Assembly (NCBI GenBank): GCA_964582365.1
Contig: CAZOQV010000001.1
Coordinates: 12,712 to 76,711, forward strand
Direction of reading: 5' to 3'
Source: an uncultured Gammaproteobacteria bacterium
GTDB taxonomy: Bacteria > Patescibacteriota > Microgenomatia > UBA12405
DNA length: 64,000 nucleotides
This document shows positions 49,921 to 59,994 of this stretch, in pieces. Position numbers and translations under genes: made by a program. The notes beneath the pieces are model-generated. The model was given only the letters and a program-made list of their open reading frames with translations. It searched no databases and was not told the origin of the DNA. Within the stretch, counting starts at the first letter, position 1, and every line of letters begins with the position of its first letter.

Positions 49921-49940
49921 CCCTTGATCGAATAGTAATA

Positions 49941-49992
49941 AGCCGACAAATTTGTGCAACATCAACACAAATCTATTGTCGGCTTTTATTTC
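49941..49992 (+). terminator. Rho-independent terminator (bulged hairpin of about 16 bp plus a T-run)
   Basis: agccgacaaatttgtg...cacaaatctattgtcggct followed by tttatttc. Confidence 0.7.
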
Positions 49993-49997
49993 CCCTC

Positions 49998-50034
49998 TTG
50001 ACACCTTTTAGCAGTCGATCTATTATATTGCTAA
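49998..50034 (+). promoter_or_regulatory. Sigma70-type promoter (TTGACA-17-TATTAT) overlapped by a CIRCE-like inverted repeat TTAGCA-N15-TGCTAA, immediately upstream of hrcA
   Basis: TTGACA at 49998-50003 and TATTAT at 50021-50026; TTAGCA at 50008-50013 and TGCTAA at 50029-50034. The hrcA ATG is at 50036. Confidence 0.5.
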
Positions 50035-50035
50035 T

Positions 50036-50773
50036 ATGTCAGACTTAACCCAACGACAAATAAAAATACTTAAATGTGTTGCCGAGGAATTCATTGAGAC
50101 CGCCTCTGCGGTCGGCTCTGAAACTCTCGAAAAAAAATATTCTTTAGGTATCTCTTCGGCCACTATTAGAAATGAAATGATGATTCTCACTCAGCTAGGT
50201 TTTCTAAAAAAAGGTCATCTTTCTTCAGGCCATGCCCCAACTTCTCTGGGTCTTAAATATTATGTTCGAAATTTAATGACCACTAAAAATTTATCCGTTA
50301 GCGATGAAATTGGTGCTAAGGAAAAAGTGTGGGAATACAGAAATGAATTTGATAAATTACTTCGTGAAACCACTAAAGAATTAGCTCAACGAACTAAATC
50401 TATGGCCATCGCCACTACTGATCAAGGTACTGTTTATAATTATGGTGCTTCAAATTTACTCGAAGAACCTGAATTTTTCAACATCGATGTTACCAGAACT
50501 GTTTTATCTTTAATTGACAATGCTGATTTTTGGTATCAAATTATTAAAAAAGCTGGTGATTTAAATCCAGAATCTACCGAAATAGTTCATCTTTTAATTG
50601 GTGAAGATCTTGGTATGGAATATCTTGAATCTTGTGGTTTTGTTTATCAAAATTACGAATCTGGTCCACATCGTGGTATTGTTGGTATCATTGGTCCGGC
50701 TCGTTTTAGATATTCATATGTCGTCCCTGTCGTTGATTATTTTGCCGAGTTACTCTCAACTATTAGTCGTTAA
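50036..50773 (+). CDS. hrcA: Heat-inducible transcription repressor HrcA (short, 245 aa)
   Basis: An N-terminal winged-helix region (RQIKILKCV...ISSATIRNEM) and the operon context hrcA-grpE-dnaK-dnaJ. Confidence 0.75.
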   Translation: MSDLTQRQIKILKCVAEEFIETASAVGSETLEKKYSLGISSATIRNEMMILTQLGFLKKGHLSSGHAPTSLGLKYYVRNLMTTKNLSVSDEIGAKEKVWEYRNEFDKLLRETTKELAQRTKSMAIATTDQGTVYNYGASNLLEEPEFFNIDVTRTVLSLIDNADFWYQIIKKAGDLNPESTEIVHLLIGEDLGMEYLESCGFVYQNYESGPHRGIVGIIGPARFRYSYVVPVVDYFAELLSTISR

Positions 50774-50780
50774 ATAAATT

Positions 50781-51245
50781 ATGGCAACAGATAAAAAAAA
50801 TAAATCAAACATTAAAAACACCGAGTTACTTGAAAAAATTTCTTCATTAGAAGAAAGATTAGCCAGATCTTTGGCTGATTATTCTAATTTAGAAAAAAGA
50901 ATTGAATCTCAACGACAATTATTTGTCACTTTGGCCACCACTTCTATTTTAAGTAAGATGATTGAAGTTTTAGATAATTTTTATCTAGCTCAAAGTCATC
51001 TCAATAATCCTGGTCTTAAGATGGCCATTGATAAATTTAACTCTGTTTTAAAAACAGAGGGTTTAGAAGAAATTAATCCAGTTAATCTAGAATTTGATCC
51101 TCAATCGATGGAATGTATCGAGGTTGTCGACGGCCACGAAAATTTCGTCATTGAAGTGAGAAAACTAGGTTACAAACTAAACGGTCACGTTATCCGTCCG
51201 GCTCAAGTTTCGGTCGGAAAAACCTCTAACCCCATTACTAATTAA
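50781..51245 (+). CDS. grpE: Nucleotide exchange factor GrpE
   Basis: A coiled-coil N-terminus and a GrpE C-terminal beta domain. Confidence 0.85.
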   Translation: MATDKKNKSNIKNTELLEKISSLEERLARSLADYSNLEKRIESQRQLFVTLATTSILSKMIEVLDNFYLAQSHLNNPGLKMAIDKFNSVLKTEGLEEINPVNLEFDPQSMECIEVVDGHENFVIEVRKLGYKLNGHVIRPAQVSVGKTSNPITN

Positions 51246-51260
51246 TATATACAAAAAACT

Positions 51261-53156
51261 ATGTCAAACAAAATAATCGGAATCGATTTAGGTACTACCA
51301 ACTCTTGCGTCGCAGTAATGGAAGGTGGTTCCCCAAAAGTTATTTTTAGTTCAGAAGGTCGCAACACTATTCCTTCTATTGTCGAACCAGTCAAAAAGCT
51401 GGTTGGCGATTTAGCCAAACGACAAATGGTTTTGAACTCCAAAAACACTATCTATAGTGTTAAGCGTCTTATGGGTCGACGTATTGATGATCCAGAGGTT
51501 AAAAAAACTCAAACTGTTGCTCCATATAAAATTGTCGCCGGTAAAGACAAAATGGCTGCTATCGAGATTGACGGCAAGACTTACACTCCTCAGGAAATTT
51601 CATCTATGATTTTGCAAAAAGCCAAAGCTGATGCTGAAAAATATCTTGGTGAAAAAGTCACCGATGCTGTTATCACCGTCCCTGCTTACTTTGATGATTC
51701 TCAAAGACAAGCTACAAAACAAGCTGGTGAAATCGCCGGTCTTAATGTTCAACGAATTGTTAATGAACCAACTGCCGCTGCTTTAGCCTATGGTATGGAT
51801 AAAAAACAAAACGGAGTTATTGCTGTCTATGATTTAGGAGGGGGAACTTTTGATATTTCCATTCTCGAAATTGGTGATGGTATTTTTGAAGTTAAATCTA
51901 CCAACGGAGATACTTTCCTTGGTGGCGATGATTTTGATCAAAAAATTATTACTTGGATTATTGATGATTTTCAAAAACAAAACGGAGTTGATCTAAGTAA
52001 AGATCCTCAAGCCTTACAACGTGTTCGCGAAGCTGCCGAAAAAGCCAAAATTGAACTCAGTTCAGCTGCTGAAACCGAAATTAATTTACCATTCATTACT
52101 CAAAAGGATGGTCAACCTCTTCATTTAACTAAAAAGTTAACTCGCTCTGAATTGGAAAAATTAATTGATGATTTAGTTCAAAAAACCATAGGTCCAGTCG
52201 AAAAAGCTCTAAAAGATGCCAAAGTAACCAAGTCTGATATTAAAGAAATCATTATGGTCGGAGGCATGACTCGTATGCCTAAAGTTCAAGAAGTTGTTAA
52301 AAACTTCTTCGGTAAAGATTTAAATAATACCGTAAACCCGGACGAAGTTGTTGCCATCGGTGCTGCCGTTCAAGGTGCTGTTTTAACTGGTGAAGTTAAA
52401 GATGTTGTCCTTTTGGACGTCACACCGTTAACTTTCGGAATTGAAACTGCTGGTGGCGTCAGAACTCCTTTAATTGATCGAAATACTACTGTTCCTACCA
52501 AGAAATCTCAAGTTTTCACTACCTATGCCGACAATCAACCTCAAGTGGAAATTAATGTTCTTCAAGGTGAACGTCCTATGGCGGCTGATAACAAATCTTT
52601 AGGCCGATTCATTCTCGATGGGATTGCTCCAGCTCCACGTGGTATGCCTCAAATTGAAGTCACTTTTGATATTGATAGCAATGGTATTCTTTCTGTCTCT
52701 GCTAAAGATAAGGGCACTGGCAAAGAACAAAGAATCACCATTCAAAATGCTACCAACTTAAAAGAAGAAGAGATTGAGCAAATGAAAAAAGAAGCCGAAG
52801 CTCATGCTCGTGAAGACGAAGAAAAGAAAGGTTTAGCCGAATCTAAGAACAAACTTGATGCAACTATTTTTTCTGGTGAAAAAACCTTGAAAGATTTTGC
52901 TGATAAAGTTAAACCGGAAGATAAAACCAAAATAGAAGAAAAAATTAAAGAATCTAAAGATATTTTATCTAAATCAGATGCTAAAAAAGATGAATTAGAT
53001 AAAGCTTCAGACGAGCTTAGTCAAATTCTTCAAACCATCGGTGCTGCTATTTATCAACAGCAACAACCTGGACAATCAGGGCCAGAAACTCCAACCGAAG
53101 AGCCCAAAAAAGCTGATGATAAAAAAGAAGCTGAAGAAGGCGAAGTCGTCCAATAA
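51261..53156 (+). CDS. dnaK: Chaperone DnaK (Hsp70)
   Basis: [22 protein letters not shown] and the full Hsp70 architecture. Confidence 0.95.
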   Translation: MSNKIIGIDLGTTNSCVAVMEGGSPKVIFSSEGRNTIPSIVEPVKKLVGDLAKRQMVLNSKNTIYSVKRLMGRRIDDPEVKKTQTVAPYKIVAGKDKMAAIEIDGKTYTPQEISSMILQKAKADAEKYLGEKVTDAVITVPAYFDDSQRQATKQAGEIAGLNVQRIVNEPTAAALAYGMDKKQNGVIAVYDLGGGTFDISILEIGDGIFEVKSTNGDTFLGGDDFDQKIITWIIDDFQKQNGVDLSKDPQALQRVREAAEKAKIELSSAAETEINLPFITQKDGQPLHLTKKLTRSELEKLIDDLVQKTIGPVEKALKDAKVTKSDIKEIIMVGGMTRMPKVQEVVKNFFGKDLNNTVNPDEVVAIGAAVQGAVLTGEVKDVVLLDVTPLTFGIETAGGVRTPLIDRNTTVPTKKSQVFTTYADNQPQVEINVLQGERPMAADNKSLGRFILDGIAPAPRGMPQIEVTFDIDSNGILSVSAKDKGTGKEQRITIQNATNLKEEEIEQMKKEAEAHAREDEEKKGLAESKNKLDATIFSGEKTLKDFADKVKPEDKTKIEEKIKESKDILSKSDAKKDELDKASDELSQILQTIGAAIYQQQQPGQSGPETPTEEPKKADDKKEAEEGEVVQ

Positions 53157-53164
53157 AAATTAAT

Positions 53165-53193
53165 AATTAATATTGTAGAGACGTCCCGCTGGG
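53165..53193. repeat. REP-like palindrome copy 1: GTAGAGACG-N11-CGTCTCTAC (extendable to 13 bp with one G.U pair)
   Basis: Perfect 9-bp arms in the dnaK-dnaJ spacer, GC-rich against an AT-rich background. Confidence 0.6.
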
Positions 53194-53232
53194 GCGTCTC
53201 TACGCGATTGTTGATAATGATAAAATAGACCC

Positions 53233-54090
53233 ATGAAAAAAGATTTTTACGAAACACTTGGCGTTTCCAAAAGCGCTTCTAAAGATGAAATTAAAAGTGC
53301 CTACAGAAAGGCGGCTTTAAAGTTTCATCCAGATCGTAATAAAGCCCCAGATGCCGAAGAAAAATTCAAAGAAATCAACGAAGCTTATGAAGTTTTAAGT
53401 AATTCTGAAAAAAAATCCGCTTACGATCAATTTGGGCATGCTGCTTTTGACCCATCTTCAGGTGGTTTTGGTGGTCATACTTATACTCAACAAAACGGTC
53501 CTAATTTTACCTACACCCAAAGCAGTAATCCTTTTGGCGGAGCTGACTTTGATTTTGGCGGATTTAGTAATCCATTTGATATTTTTGAACAATTTTTTGG
53601 AGGTGGCAGTTTTAGTGGTCAGCAAGGCCGAAGTAAACGAATCGAAACTTATAAAATTTCGATTTCTTTTCTAGAAGCCGCTAATGGTTGTCAAAAAGAA
53701 GTTTCTATCGATGGTAAGAAAAAAACTATCAAAATTCCTGCCGGTGTTGACGATGGTCAAAAAATTCGTTTTTCTGAATTTATTTTATATATCGACGTTT
53801 TACCTGATAAAGTTTTTAGACGCGAAGGTAACGATGTTTATGTTAATGCCAATATTAGCCTAACCCAAGCCATTTTTGGTGATACCATTGAAGTTCCTAC
53901 TTTGGATGAACCATTAAAAATTCGGGTTAAATCCGGTACTCAGCCAAATACTTTAGTCCGTCTTCGAGGCCAGGGGATTAAAGATGTAAATGGCTATGGA
54001 AAGGGCGATTTTTATATTCGTCTTTTTGTTGAAATTCCTACTAAACTATCTTCTCGTCAAAAAGACCTCTTAAAACAGCTCGATTTGTAA
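53233..54090 (+). CDS. dnaJ: DnaJ-family co-chaperone lacking the Cys-rich zinc-finger domain
   Basis: A J-domain ([13 protein letters not shown]), a G/F region, no CxxCxGxG repeats, length 285 aa. Confidence 0.8.
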   Translation: MKKDFYETLGVSKSASKDEIKSAYRKAALKFHPDRNKAPDAEEKFKEINEAYEVLSNSEKKSAYDQFGHAAFDPSSGGFGGHTYTQQNGPNFTYTQSSNPFGGADFDFGGFSNPFDIFEQFFGGGSFSGQQGRSKRIETYKISISFLEAANGCQKEVSIDGKKKTIKIPAGVDDGQKIRFSEFILYIDVLPDKVFRREGNDVYVNANISLTQAIFGDTIEVPTLDEPLKIRVKSGTQPNTLVRLRGQGIKDVNGYGKGDFYIRLFVEIPTKLSSRQKDLLKQLDL

Positions 54091-54138
54091 TTTTTCTGGT
54101 ATAATCTATACATATTAATTTTGCAGTGTTTTAACCTG

Positions 54139-54161
54139 GGGCTGACAAAGCCCTTTTTTTT
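54139..54161 (+). terminator. Rho-independent terminator after dnaJ
   Basis: gggct-gacaa-agccc followed by T8. Confidence 0.55.
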
Positions 54162-54185
54162 ACCCTGCATATTTAAGGAAACAAA

Positions 54186-55184
54186 ATGGATTTAAAAAAA
54201 CTACCAAAAACAGAATTTGCCGCAGCTGTGGCTCAAATCGCTGGTGAAAGAAACATCGATGTTCAATCTATTTTAGATTCAATTGAATTTGGACTTATCT
54301 CTGCTTATCAACGCGATCAAAAAGAACATGGCGTCATCATTTCAGAAGAAGATAAATTTACTGTTGAATTAGCTCCAGAAAATGGATCTTTCAAAGTTTA
54401 CAAAATCGATGGTGATAAAAAAATTGATGTTACCCCTCCTGGTTTTGGCCGAATTGCTGCTCAAACTGCTAAACAAGTCATTGACCAAAAAATTCACGAA
54501 GTTGAAAAAGAAACTGTTGTGACTGAATTTACCAAAAAGATTGGTACTCTTATTTCTTGTGTTGTATTAAAAAATGATCCTTATAAAATGGTTGTCGGTG
54601 TTGGCAAAACTGAAGGTATCTGTCCTAAAGATGAACAAATTAGAGATGAGATTCTTCCTCTTGGTTCAAAAAAATTATTTTTATTGAAAGAAATTCTTCA
54701 CGATGAAAATGGTCGCAGTGAGATTATTTTGTCTCGTCGAGATAATGCTTTTGTTAAAGAATTATTTGCTCGTGAAGTTCCAGAAGTTTCTAATGGTTCA
54801 GTTGTCATTGAAAAAATTGCCAGAATTGCTGGTGAAAGAACTAAAATTGCCGTCTCTTCAAACCAACCAGGAATTGATTCTGTTGGTTCTTGTATTGGTC
54901 AAAAAGGTTCTCGTATCCAAGCCATTTTAAACGAATTACCAATGGAAGAAAAAGTTGACGTTGTCGCTTTTTCCCAAAATTTAAACCAATTTATTGCTCA
55001 AGCTCTTTCTCCAGCTCAAGACGTCAAAGTTATTGAAGTCAGAAACAGCTGTGCCTACGTTACTGTCCCAGAATCACAATTAGCTTTAGCTATTGGATCT
55101 GGTGGTGATAATGTTCGTTTGGCTGGTCAATTAGTTGGTCTTGAAATTAAACTTACTCAAGATTTGATCAAATCATCTAAGTAA
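54186..55184 (+). CDS. nusA: Transcription termination/antitermination factor NusA (short, 332 aa)
   Basis: N-terminal, S1 and KH domains. An RBS AAGGAAA precedes the ATG. Confidence 0.9.
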   Translation: MDLKKLPKTEFAAAVAQIAGERNIDVQSILDSIEFGLISAYQRDQKEHGVIISEEDKFTVELAPENGSFKVYKIDGDKKIDVTPPGFGRIAAQTAKQVIDQKIHEVEKETVVTEFTKKIGTLISCVVLKNDPYKMVVGVGKTEGICPKDEQIRDEILPLGSKKLFLLKEILHDENGRSEIILSRRDNAFVKELFAREVPEVSNGSVVIEKIARIAGERTKIAVSSNQPGIDSVGSCIGQKGSRIQAILNELPMEEKVDVVAFSQNLNQFIAQALSPAQDVKVIEVRNSCAYVTVPESQLALAIGSGGDNVRLAGQLVGLEIKLTQDLIKSSK

Positions 55185-55215
55185 ATTTACTTTCGTTATT
55201 CCTTAAAATCTAATT

Positions 55216-56649
55216 ATGACTAATGATAATAAATTAACACGTCCGCCAATTGTTGCTCTCATGGGCCATATTGATCATGGCAAAACGACCCTTCTGGATA
55301 AAATTCGTTCTACTAATCTTTGGAAAAAAGAATCCGGAGGAATCACTCAACACATTAATTCCTACCAAGCTCAATTTACCGAAAAAGACGGACAAATCAA
55401 ACTAATTACTTTTATCGACACTCCTGGCCATGCTGCCTTTATTAACATGCGTGCTTGCGGTGCCAAGGCTACTGATATCGTTGTCTTAGTTGTTTCTGCC
55501 GTTGAAGGTATTATGCCTCAAACCAAAGAATGTATAGAACATATTAAAAAATGTAATTTGCCTTTTATTGTGGCTATGAATAAAATGGATCTTGAAAATG
55601 CTGCCCCTGACAAAATTAAGGGTCAATTAGTCGAATTAGGTTATACTCCAGAAGAATATGGTGGTCAAACTGCTGTTATTCCTGTTTCAGCTAAGACTGG
55701 CAAAGGTATTGATCAATTGTTAGAAATGATTCTTATCAATGCTGATGTTTTAGAATTAAAAGCCGATTCTGAAGGTTGTTTTGAAGCTGTTATTATTGAA
55801 TCTCGTCTCGACAAAAACCGTGGCCCGGTGGCCTCTTTAATTATCAGTAATGGCACTCTAAAAATTGGGGACATTGTTTATTCCGAAGACATTCTTTGTA
55901 AAGTTAAAGCCTTAATTGATTGCAACGGTCAACAATTAAAAGAAGCTGGTCCTAGCGTTCCGGTTGAAGTTTTAGGTTTTGAAAGAGTTCCTTCAGTTAG
56001 TTCTTTGGTTACTTCCAATAAAACCGAATGTTCAGAAAAGAAAGAGCATAAGGTTTTACTCGAATCAACCGAAGAAAATCCTAAATTAAAGGTTATTCTC
56101 AAAGCTGACGTTAAAGGCACCCTTGAAGCTCTGGAAAATAGTTTTAATGACGATGTTATCATTATTTCTTCTAGTATCGGAGCTGTTAGTGATAATGATG
56201 TTTTTATGGCTGAAGCTGCCAAAGCTCAAATTTTTGCTTTCAATGTTTCCACTCCAAAACATATTACCCAAATTGCCGAAAGTGCTAAAGTTAGAATTTT
56301 TGAATCTCGAATTATCTATCAAATTATTGAAGACATTCAAAACCAGGTTTTAAAACTCCTAGAACCAACTATTGACGAAACGGTTCTTGGCGAAGGTTTG
56401 ATTAAAGCTGAATTTAAGATTGATAAAGTTCGTATCTCTGGAGTTCAATGTACTAAGGGTGAAATTGGAAAAGGGGAATTAATTCATCTTAAACGTGATG
56501 GAAAAATCATTAAAGACACTAAAGTTGAAGGTATCCGTCAAGGTAAAAATATCGTTGAAAAATTAAAGTCGGGGACTGATTGCGGTATGACCTTTAAGCC
56601 TTATGTTGACTTTAAGGTAGGAGATGTTATAATATCCTATAAGAATTAA
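55216..56649 (+). CDS. infB: Translation initiation factor IF-2 (minimal form, 477 aa)
   Basis: G-domain motifs [21 protein letters not shown]. Confidence 0.9.
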   Translation: MTNDNKLTRPPIVALMGHIDHGKTTLLDKIRSTNLWKKESGGITQHINSYQAQFTEKDGQIKLITFIDTPGHAAFINMRACGAKATDIVVLVVSAVEGIMPQTKECIEHIKKCNLPFIVAMNKMDLENAAPDKIKGQLVELGYTPEEYGGQTAVIPVSAKTGKGIDQLLEMILINADVLELKADSEGCFEAVIIESRLDKNRGPVASLIISNGTLKIGDIVYSEDILCKVKALIDCNGQQLKEAGPSVPVEVLGFERVPSVSSLVTSNKTECSEKKEHKVLLESTEENPKLKVILKADVKGTLEALENSFNDDVIIISSSIGAVSDNDVFMAEAAKAQIFAFNVSTPKHITQIAESAKVRIFESRIIYQIIEDIQNQVLKLLEPTIDETVLGEGLIKAEFKIDKVRISGVQCTKGEIGKGELIHLKRDGKIIKDTKVEGIRQGKNIVEKLKSGTDCGMTFKPYVDFKVGDVIISYKN

Positions 56650-56666
56650 AAATTAGCAGGTTTTCT

Positions 56667-57362
56667 ATGAAAAATTATCAAGTTTCAGAAATTAAAAATC
56701 TTTTAGGAACCGCCAAAACGGCTCTTATTACTGTTTCTCAATTAAGTATTGACAGTATTGGTTCGGCTTTGGCCTTAGCTTTAATTTTAAAGAAATCCAA
56801 CATTTCGGTTAAAGTTTTTTGTCCCAATCCAACCGATGCTAATTATTCCAAATTAAGTGGTCTTGAACTTTTAACTAACAATTATAATCAAAACGACTTA
56901 ATCGTCACCCTTGACTATCCTTTAGATCAAATTGAAAAAGTTACTTACAACCAAGATGGTGGAAAACTAAATTTAGTTGTCCAAACCAAAGATGGTTCTC
57001 AAAAAGTTGCTGAAAATCAAATTTTAATTAGTAATCAAGCTACCGCTGCTGACATTAACTTTATGTTAGGCGATGAAAACCTTTTAGGTGCCAATGCTAA
57101 TATGGTTCAAAAAGGTAACTGGATTAATATTTCTCCATCTAGTATTGAAAAAACTTGGGCCAAAGTAAACATTATTGATCAAGATGCTCCTTTTTCTGAA
57201 ATCTTAACCTTTTTATTACCTATGCTCGATTTACAATTGAACCCAGAAGCAGCTAAAAATCTTTTAATTGCTCTTCGTGTTGCTACCCAATCTTTCTCAA
57301 TTAATGTTTCTCCTGAAACATTTGAAGCTGGTGCCAATTGTCTCCGCGCCACCCAAGGCTAA
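56667..57362 (+). CDS. Hypothetical protein, possibly a degenerate DHH-family (NrnA-like) N-terminal domain
   Basis: DSIGSALALALIL resembles the DHH motif DGDAIGSALAL. Confidence 0.35.
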   Translation: MKNYQVSEIKNLLGTAKTALITVSQLSIDSIGSALALALILKKSNISVKVFCPNPTDANYSKLSGLELLTNNYNQNDLIVTLDYPLDQIEKVTYNQDGGKLNLVVQTKDGSQKVAENQILISNQATAADINFMLGDENLLGANANMVQKGNWINISPSSIEKTWAKVNIIDQDAPFSEILTFLLPMLDLQLNPEAAKNLLIALRVATQSFSINVSPETFEAGANCLRATQG

Positions 57363-57366
57363 TTTT

Positions 57367-57377
57367 TGTGTTATAAT
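57367..57377 (+). promoter_or_regulatory. Extended -10 element TGTTATAAT upstream of rpsO, with a ~75-nt leader
   Basis: A TGnTATAAT match at 57369-57377. Confidence 0.35.
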
Positions 57378-57454
57378 CTCATCTGACTAAAAACGGTTTT
57401 TTGGTAGCCATTCCAAGATATTATAAATTTAACCGATTTTAGCCAAATAATCCT

Positions 57455-57724
57455 ATGGCATTAACCACAGAAGAAAAAAAAGTTATTATTGAGAAATACG
57501 CTCAAGACAAAGGTGATACTGGTTCCCCAGAAGTTCAAATCGCTATTTTATCTAAGGCAATCGAAAAGCTCCAAGGTCATTTAACCGAAAATAAACACGA
57601 TTCTCCTGCAAAACGCGGAATTTTAAGTAAAATTTCCAAAAGACGACGTTTACTTCGTTATCTTTCAAATCACAATCCTGAAACATACACTACCGTCATC
57701 AAATCTCTCGGTCTCAAGAAATAA
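57455..57724 (+). CDS. rpsO: Ribosomal protein S15
   Basis: Conserved S15 over the full length (GDTGSPEVQIAILS...RRRLLRYL). Confidence 0.9.
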   Translation: MALTTEEKKVIIEKYAQDKGDTGSPEVQIAILSKAIEKLQGHLTENKHDSPAKRGILSKISKRRRLLRYLSNHNPETYTTVIKSLGLKK

Positions 57725-57748
57725 TTTCAGTTTCAGTTATAATCAATT

Positions 57749-59956
57749 ATGAAAATGTATACAAAAGATATTTTAGTGGGCGACAAAAAAATTACCCTTT
57801 CAACAGGAAAAATCGCTCCTCAAACCAATGCCTCTGTCGTGGCTCAATACGGCAACACCACTGTTTTAGCCACAGTTTTAATGGGTAAAACCGATGAATC
57901 AAAAGATTATTTTCCTTTATCGATCGAATTTCAAGACAAACTTTACGCTGGTGGTATTGTCAAAGGTAGTAAGTGGATGAAGCGAGAAGGTGGTCCTTCA
58001 GACACAGCAGTTCTTTCCGGCCGAATTATTGATAGATCTTTACGTCCTCTTTTCCCAGCTGATTTTTTAAACGAAGTTCAAATTATCGTTACTGTTTTAA
58101 GTAACGATAAAAATAATGATACTGTTATTCCAGCTTTTACCGCTGCTGCTGCTGCCTTGGCTATTTCTGACATTCCTTTCAATGGTCCAGTTTCCGTCGT
58201 TCGCGTTGGTTTAATCAATGAAAAATTAGTTTTAAACCCATCAACCGAAGAATTATTAAATTCTTCCATGGATCTTTTAGTTTGCACTGGCCCTGCTGGT
58301 GTCAATATGATTGAATGCGATGCCAACATTGTTTCCAACGATATTGCTTTAAAAGCCATAGAGTTGGCTAAAACTACTGGTGATGAAATTAATAAAGAAA
58401 TTACTGCTTGGGTCAAAGAATGTGGTAAAGAAAAATTAAAATATGAATCCGCTGGCCCATCTGCTGAATTAATCACTGAAATCGAATCTAAAATTAAAAA
58501 AGATGTTGAATCATTTTTAGAAGCTGGTGTTGATGGTGGTCACATGATTGGTCAAGAAAAAATCACTGATCGAATTTTAGAAGAATATAAAGCTAAAATT
58601 AAATCAGAAGAAGTTTCTAAAAATCATGTCGTCGCGGCCGTTGATTCTATTGTTAGATCTGCTCTTAGAGTTAGAACTATTAAAGGTCTTCGTTATGATC
58701 ACCGAAAAATGGATGAAGTTCGTCCTTTAATTGTCGAAGCTGGTGTTTTACCATGTGTCCATGGTTCTGCATTTTTCCAAAGAGGTTTAACTCAAGCCAT
58801 TACTGTCACCGCTCTTGCTCCTTTAGCCGACAAACAATATCTCGAAGATTCTAGTGGTGAAACCACCAAGAGATATATCCACTATTATTCTGCCGCTCCT
58901 TACTCAACTGGTCAAACCGGTCGTGTTGGTCGCCCAGGTCGTCGTGAAATTGGTCATGGTGCCCTAGCTGAAAAAGCTCTACTTCCAGTTATTCCTTCAG
59001 AAGAAGAATTTCCCTACACTATTGTTTTAACTTCCGAAATTATGTCTCAAAACGGATCATCTTCTATGGCTTCAACTTGTGGATCCACCATGTCTTTAAT
59101 GGACGCTGGTGTTCCTATTAAAGATAAAGTCGCTGGAATTTCCATCGGTCTTATGGCTGAAACTGATGATAAATATGTTTTATTAACTGATATTGCCGGT
59201 ATTGAAGACCACGATGGTGATATGGATTTCAAAATTACTGGTACTCGAAACGGTATTACTGCCATTCAATTAGACATCAAAAGAGAAGGTATTACTTTAC
59301 CTATGATTTCCGATACTTTTGTCGCTTCAACTAAAGCTCGACTTCAAATTTTAGACAAAATGGAAGCCACTTTAGCTGCTCCTCGTGCTGAATTATCTGA
59401 ATTTGCTCCAAAAATTAAAATGGTTGCTTTACCAGAAGACAAAATTGGCGAAGTAATTGGCAGTGGTGGCAAAACCATCAAAGCCTTAATGGAAAAATAT
59501 CAAGTTCAAATTGATATTGATGATAATGGTAAAGCTTCAATTTCTGCCCAAAATCAGGAAAATATTGATAATGCTGCTTATGAAATCGAATCCATGATTA
59601 AAGAAGTTCAAATTGGTGAAGATTACGAAGGTGTGGTTACTCGAGTTGAAAACTTTGGTGCTTTTGTTGAACTCTTACCAGGTCGAGAAGCCTTGCTTCA
59701 TGTTTCTGAAATGACAGGTGGATTTTTATCCGATCCTTCAACTATTATTAAAGTTGGTGATCGTTTAAATGTCAAAATCTCTGGATTTAACGACAATCAT
59801 CAAATTAAATTATCATCTCCTGAATTCAAAGCTGCTCATCCGGGTCAACCCAGAGAAGAAGGCCAAGGTCAAGATAATCGAACCGGTGGTTTCCGAAATT
59901 TCACTCCACCTCGTCGAGACGATAACCGCAATGGCGGTTTCCGCCCTCGAAGATAA
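57749..59956 (+). CDS. pnp: Polynucleotide phosphorylase with an RGG-type Arg/Gly-rich C-terminal tail
   Basis: Two RNase PH domains, KH and S1 domains, and the tail GGFRNFTPPRRDDNRNGGFRPRR. Confidence 0.9.
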   Translation: MKMYTKDILVGDKKITLSTGKIAPQTNASVVAQYGNTTVLATVLMGKTDESKDYFPLSIEFQDKLYAGGIVKGSKWMKREGGPSDTAVLSGRIIDRSLRPLFPADFLNEVQIIVTVLSNDKNNDTVIPAFTAAAAALAISDIPFNGPVSVVRVGLINEKLVLNPSTEELLNSSMDLLVCTGPAGVNMIECDANIVSNDIALKAIELAKTTGDEINKEITAWVKECGKEKLKYESAGPSAELITEIESKIKKDVESFLEAGVDGGHMIGQEKITDRILEEYKAKIKSEEVSKNHVVAAVDSIVRSALRVRTIKGLRYDHRKMDEVRPLIVEAGVLPCVHGSAFFQRGLTQAITVTALAPLADKQYLEDSSGETTKRYIHYYSAAPYSTGQTGRVGRPGRREIGHGALAEKALLPVIPSEEEFPYTIVLTSEIMSQNGSSSMASTCGSTMSLMDAGVPIKDKVAGISIGLMAETDDKYVLLTDIAGIEDHDGDMDFKITGTRNGITAIQLDIKREGITLPMISDTFVASTKARLQILDKMEATLAAPRAELSEFAPKIKMVALPEDKIGEVIGSGGKTIKALMEKYQVQIDIDDNGKASISAQNQENIDNAAYEIESMIKEVQIGEDYEGVVTRVENFGAFVELLPGREALLHVSEMTGGFLSDPSTIIKVGDRLNVKISGFNDNHQIKLSSPEFKAAHPGQPREEGQGQDNRTGGFRNFTPPRRDDNRNGGFRPRR

Positions 59957-59994
59957 TCTAAGCAATTGGTTCTAAATTCTTGTATAATTTTTTA

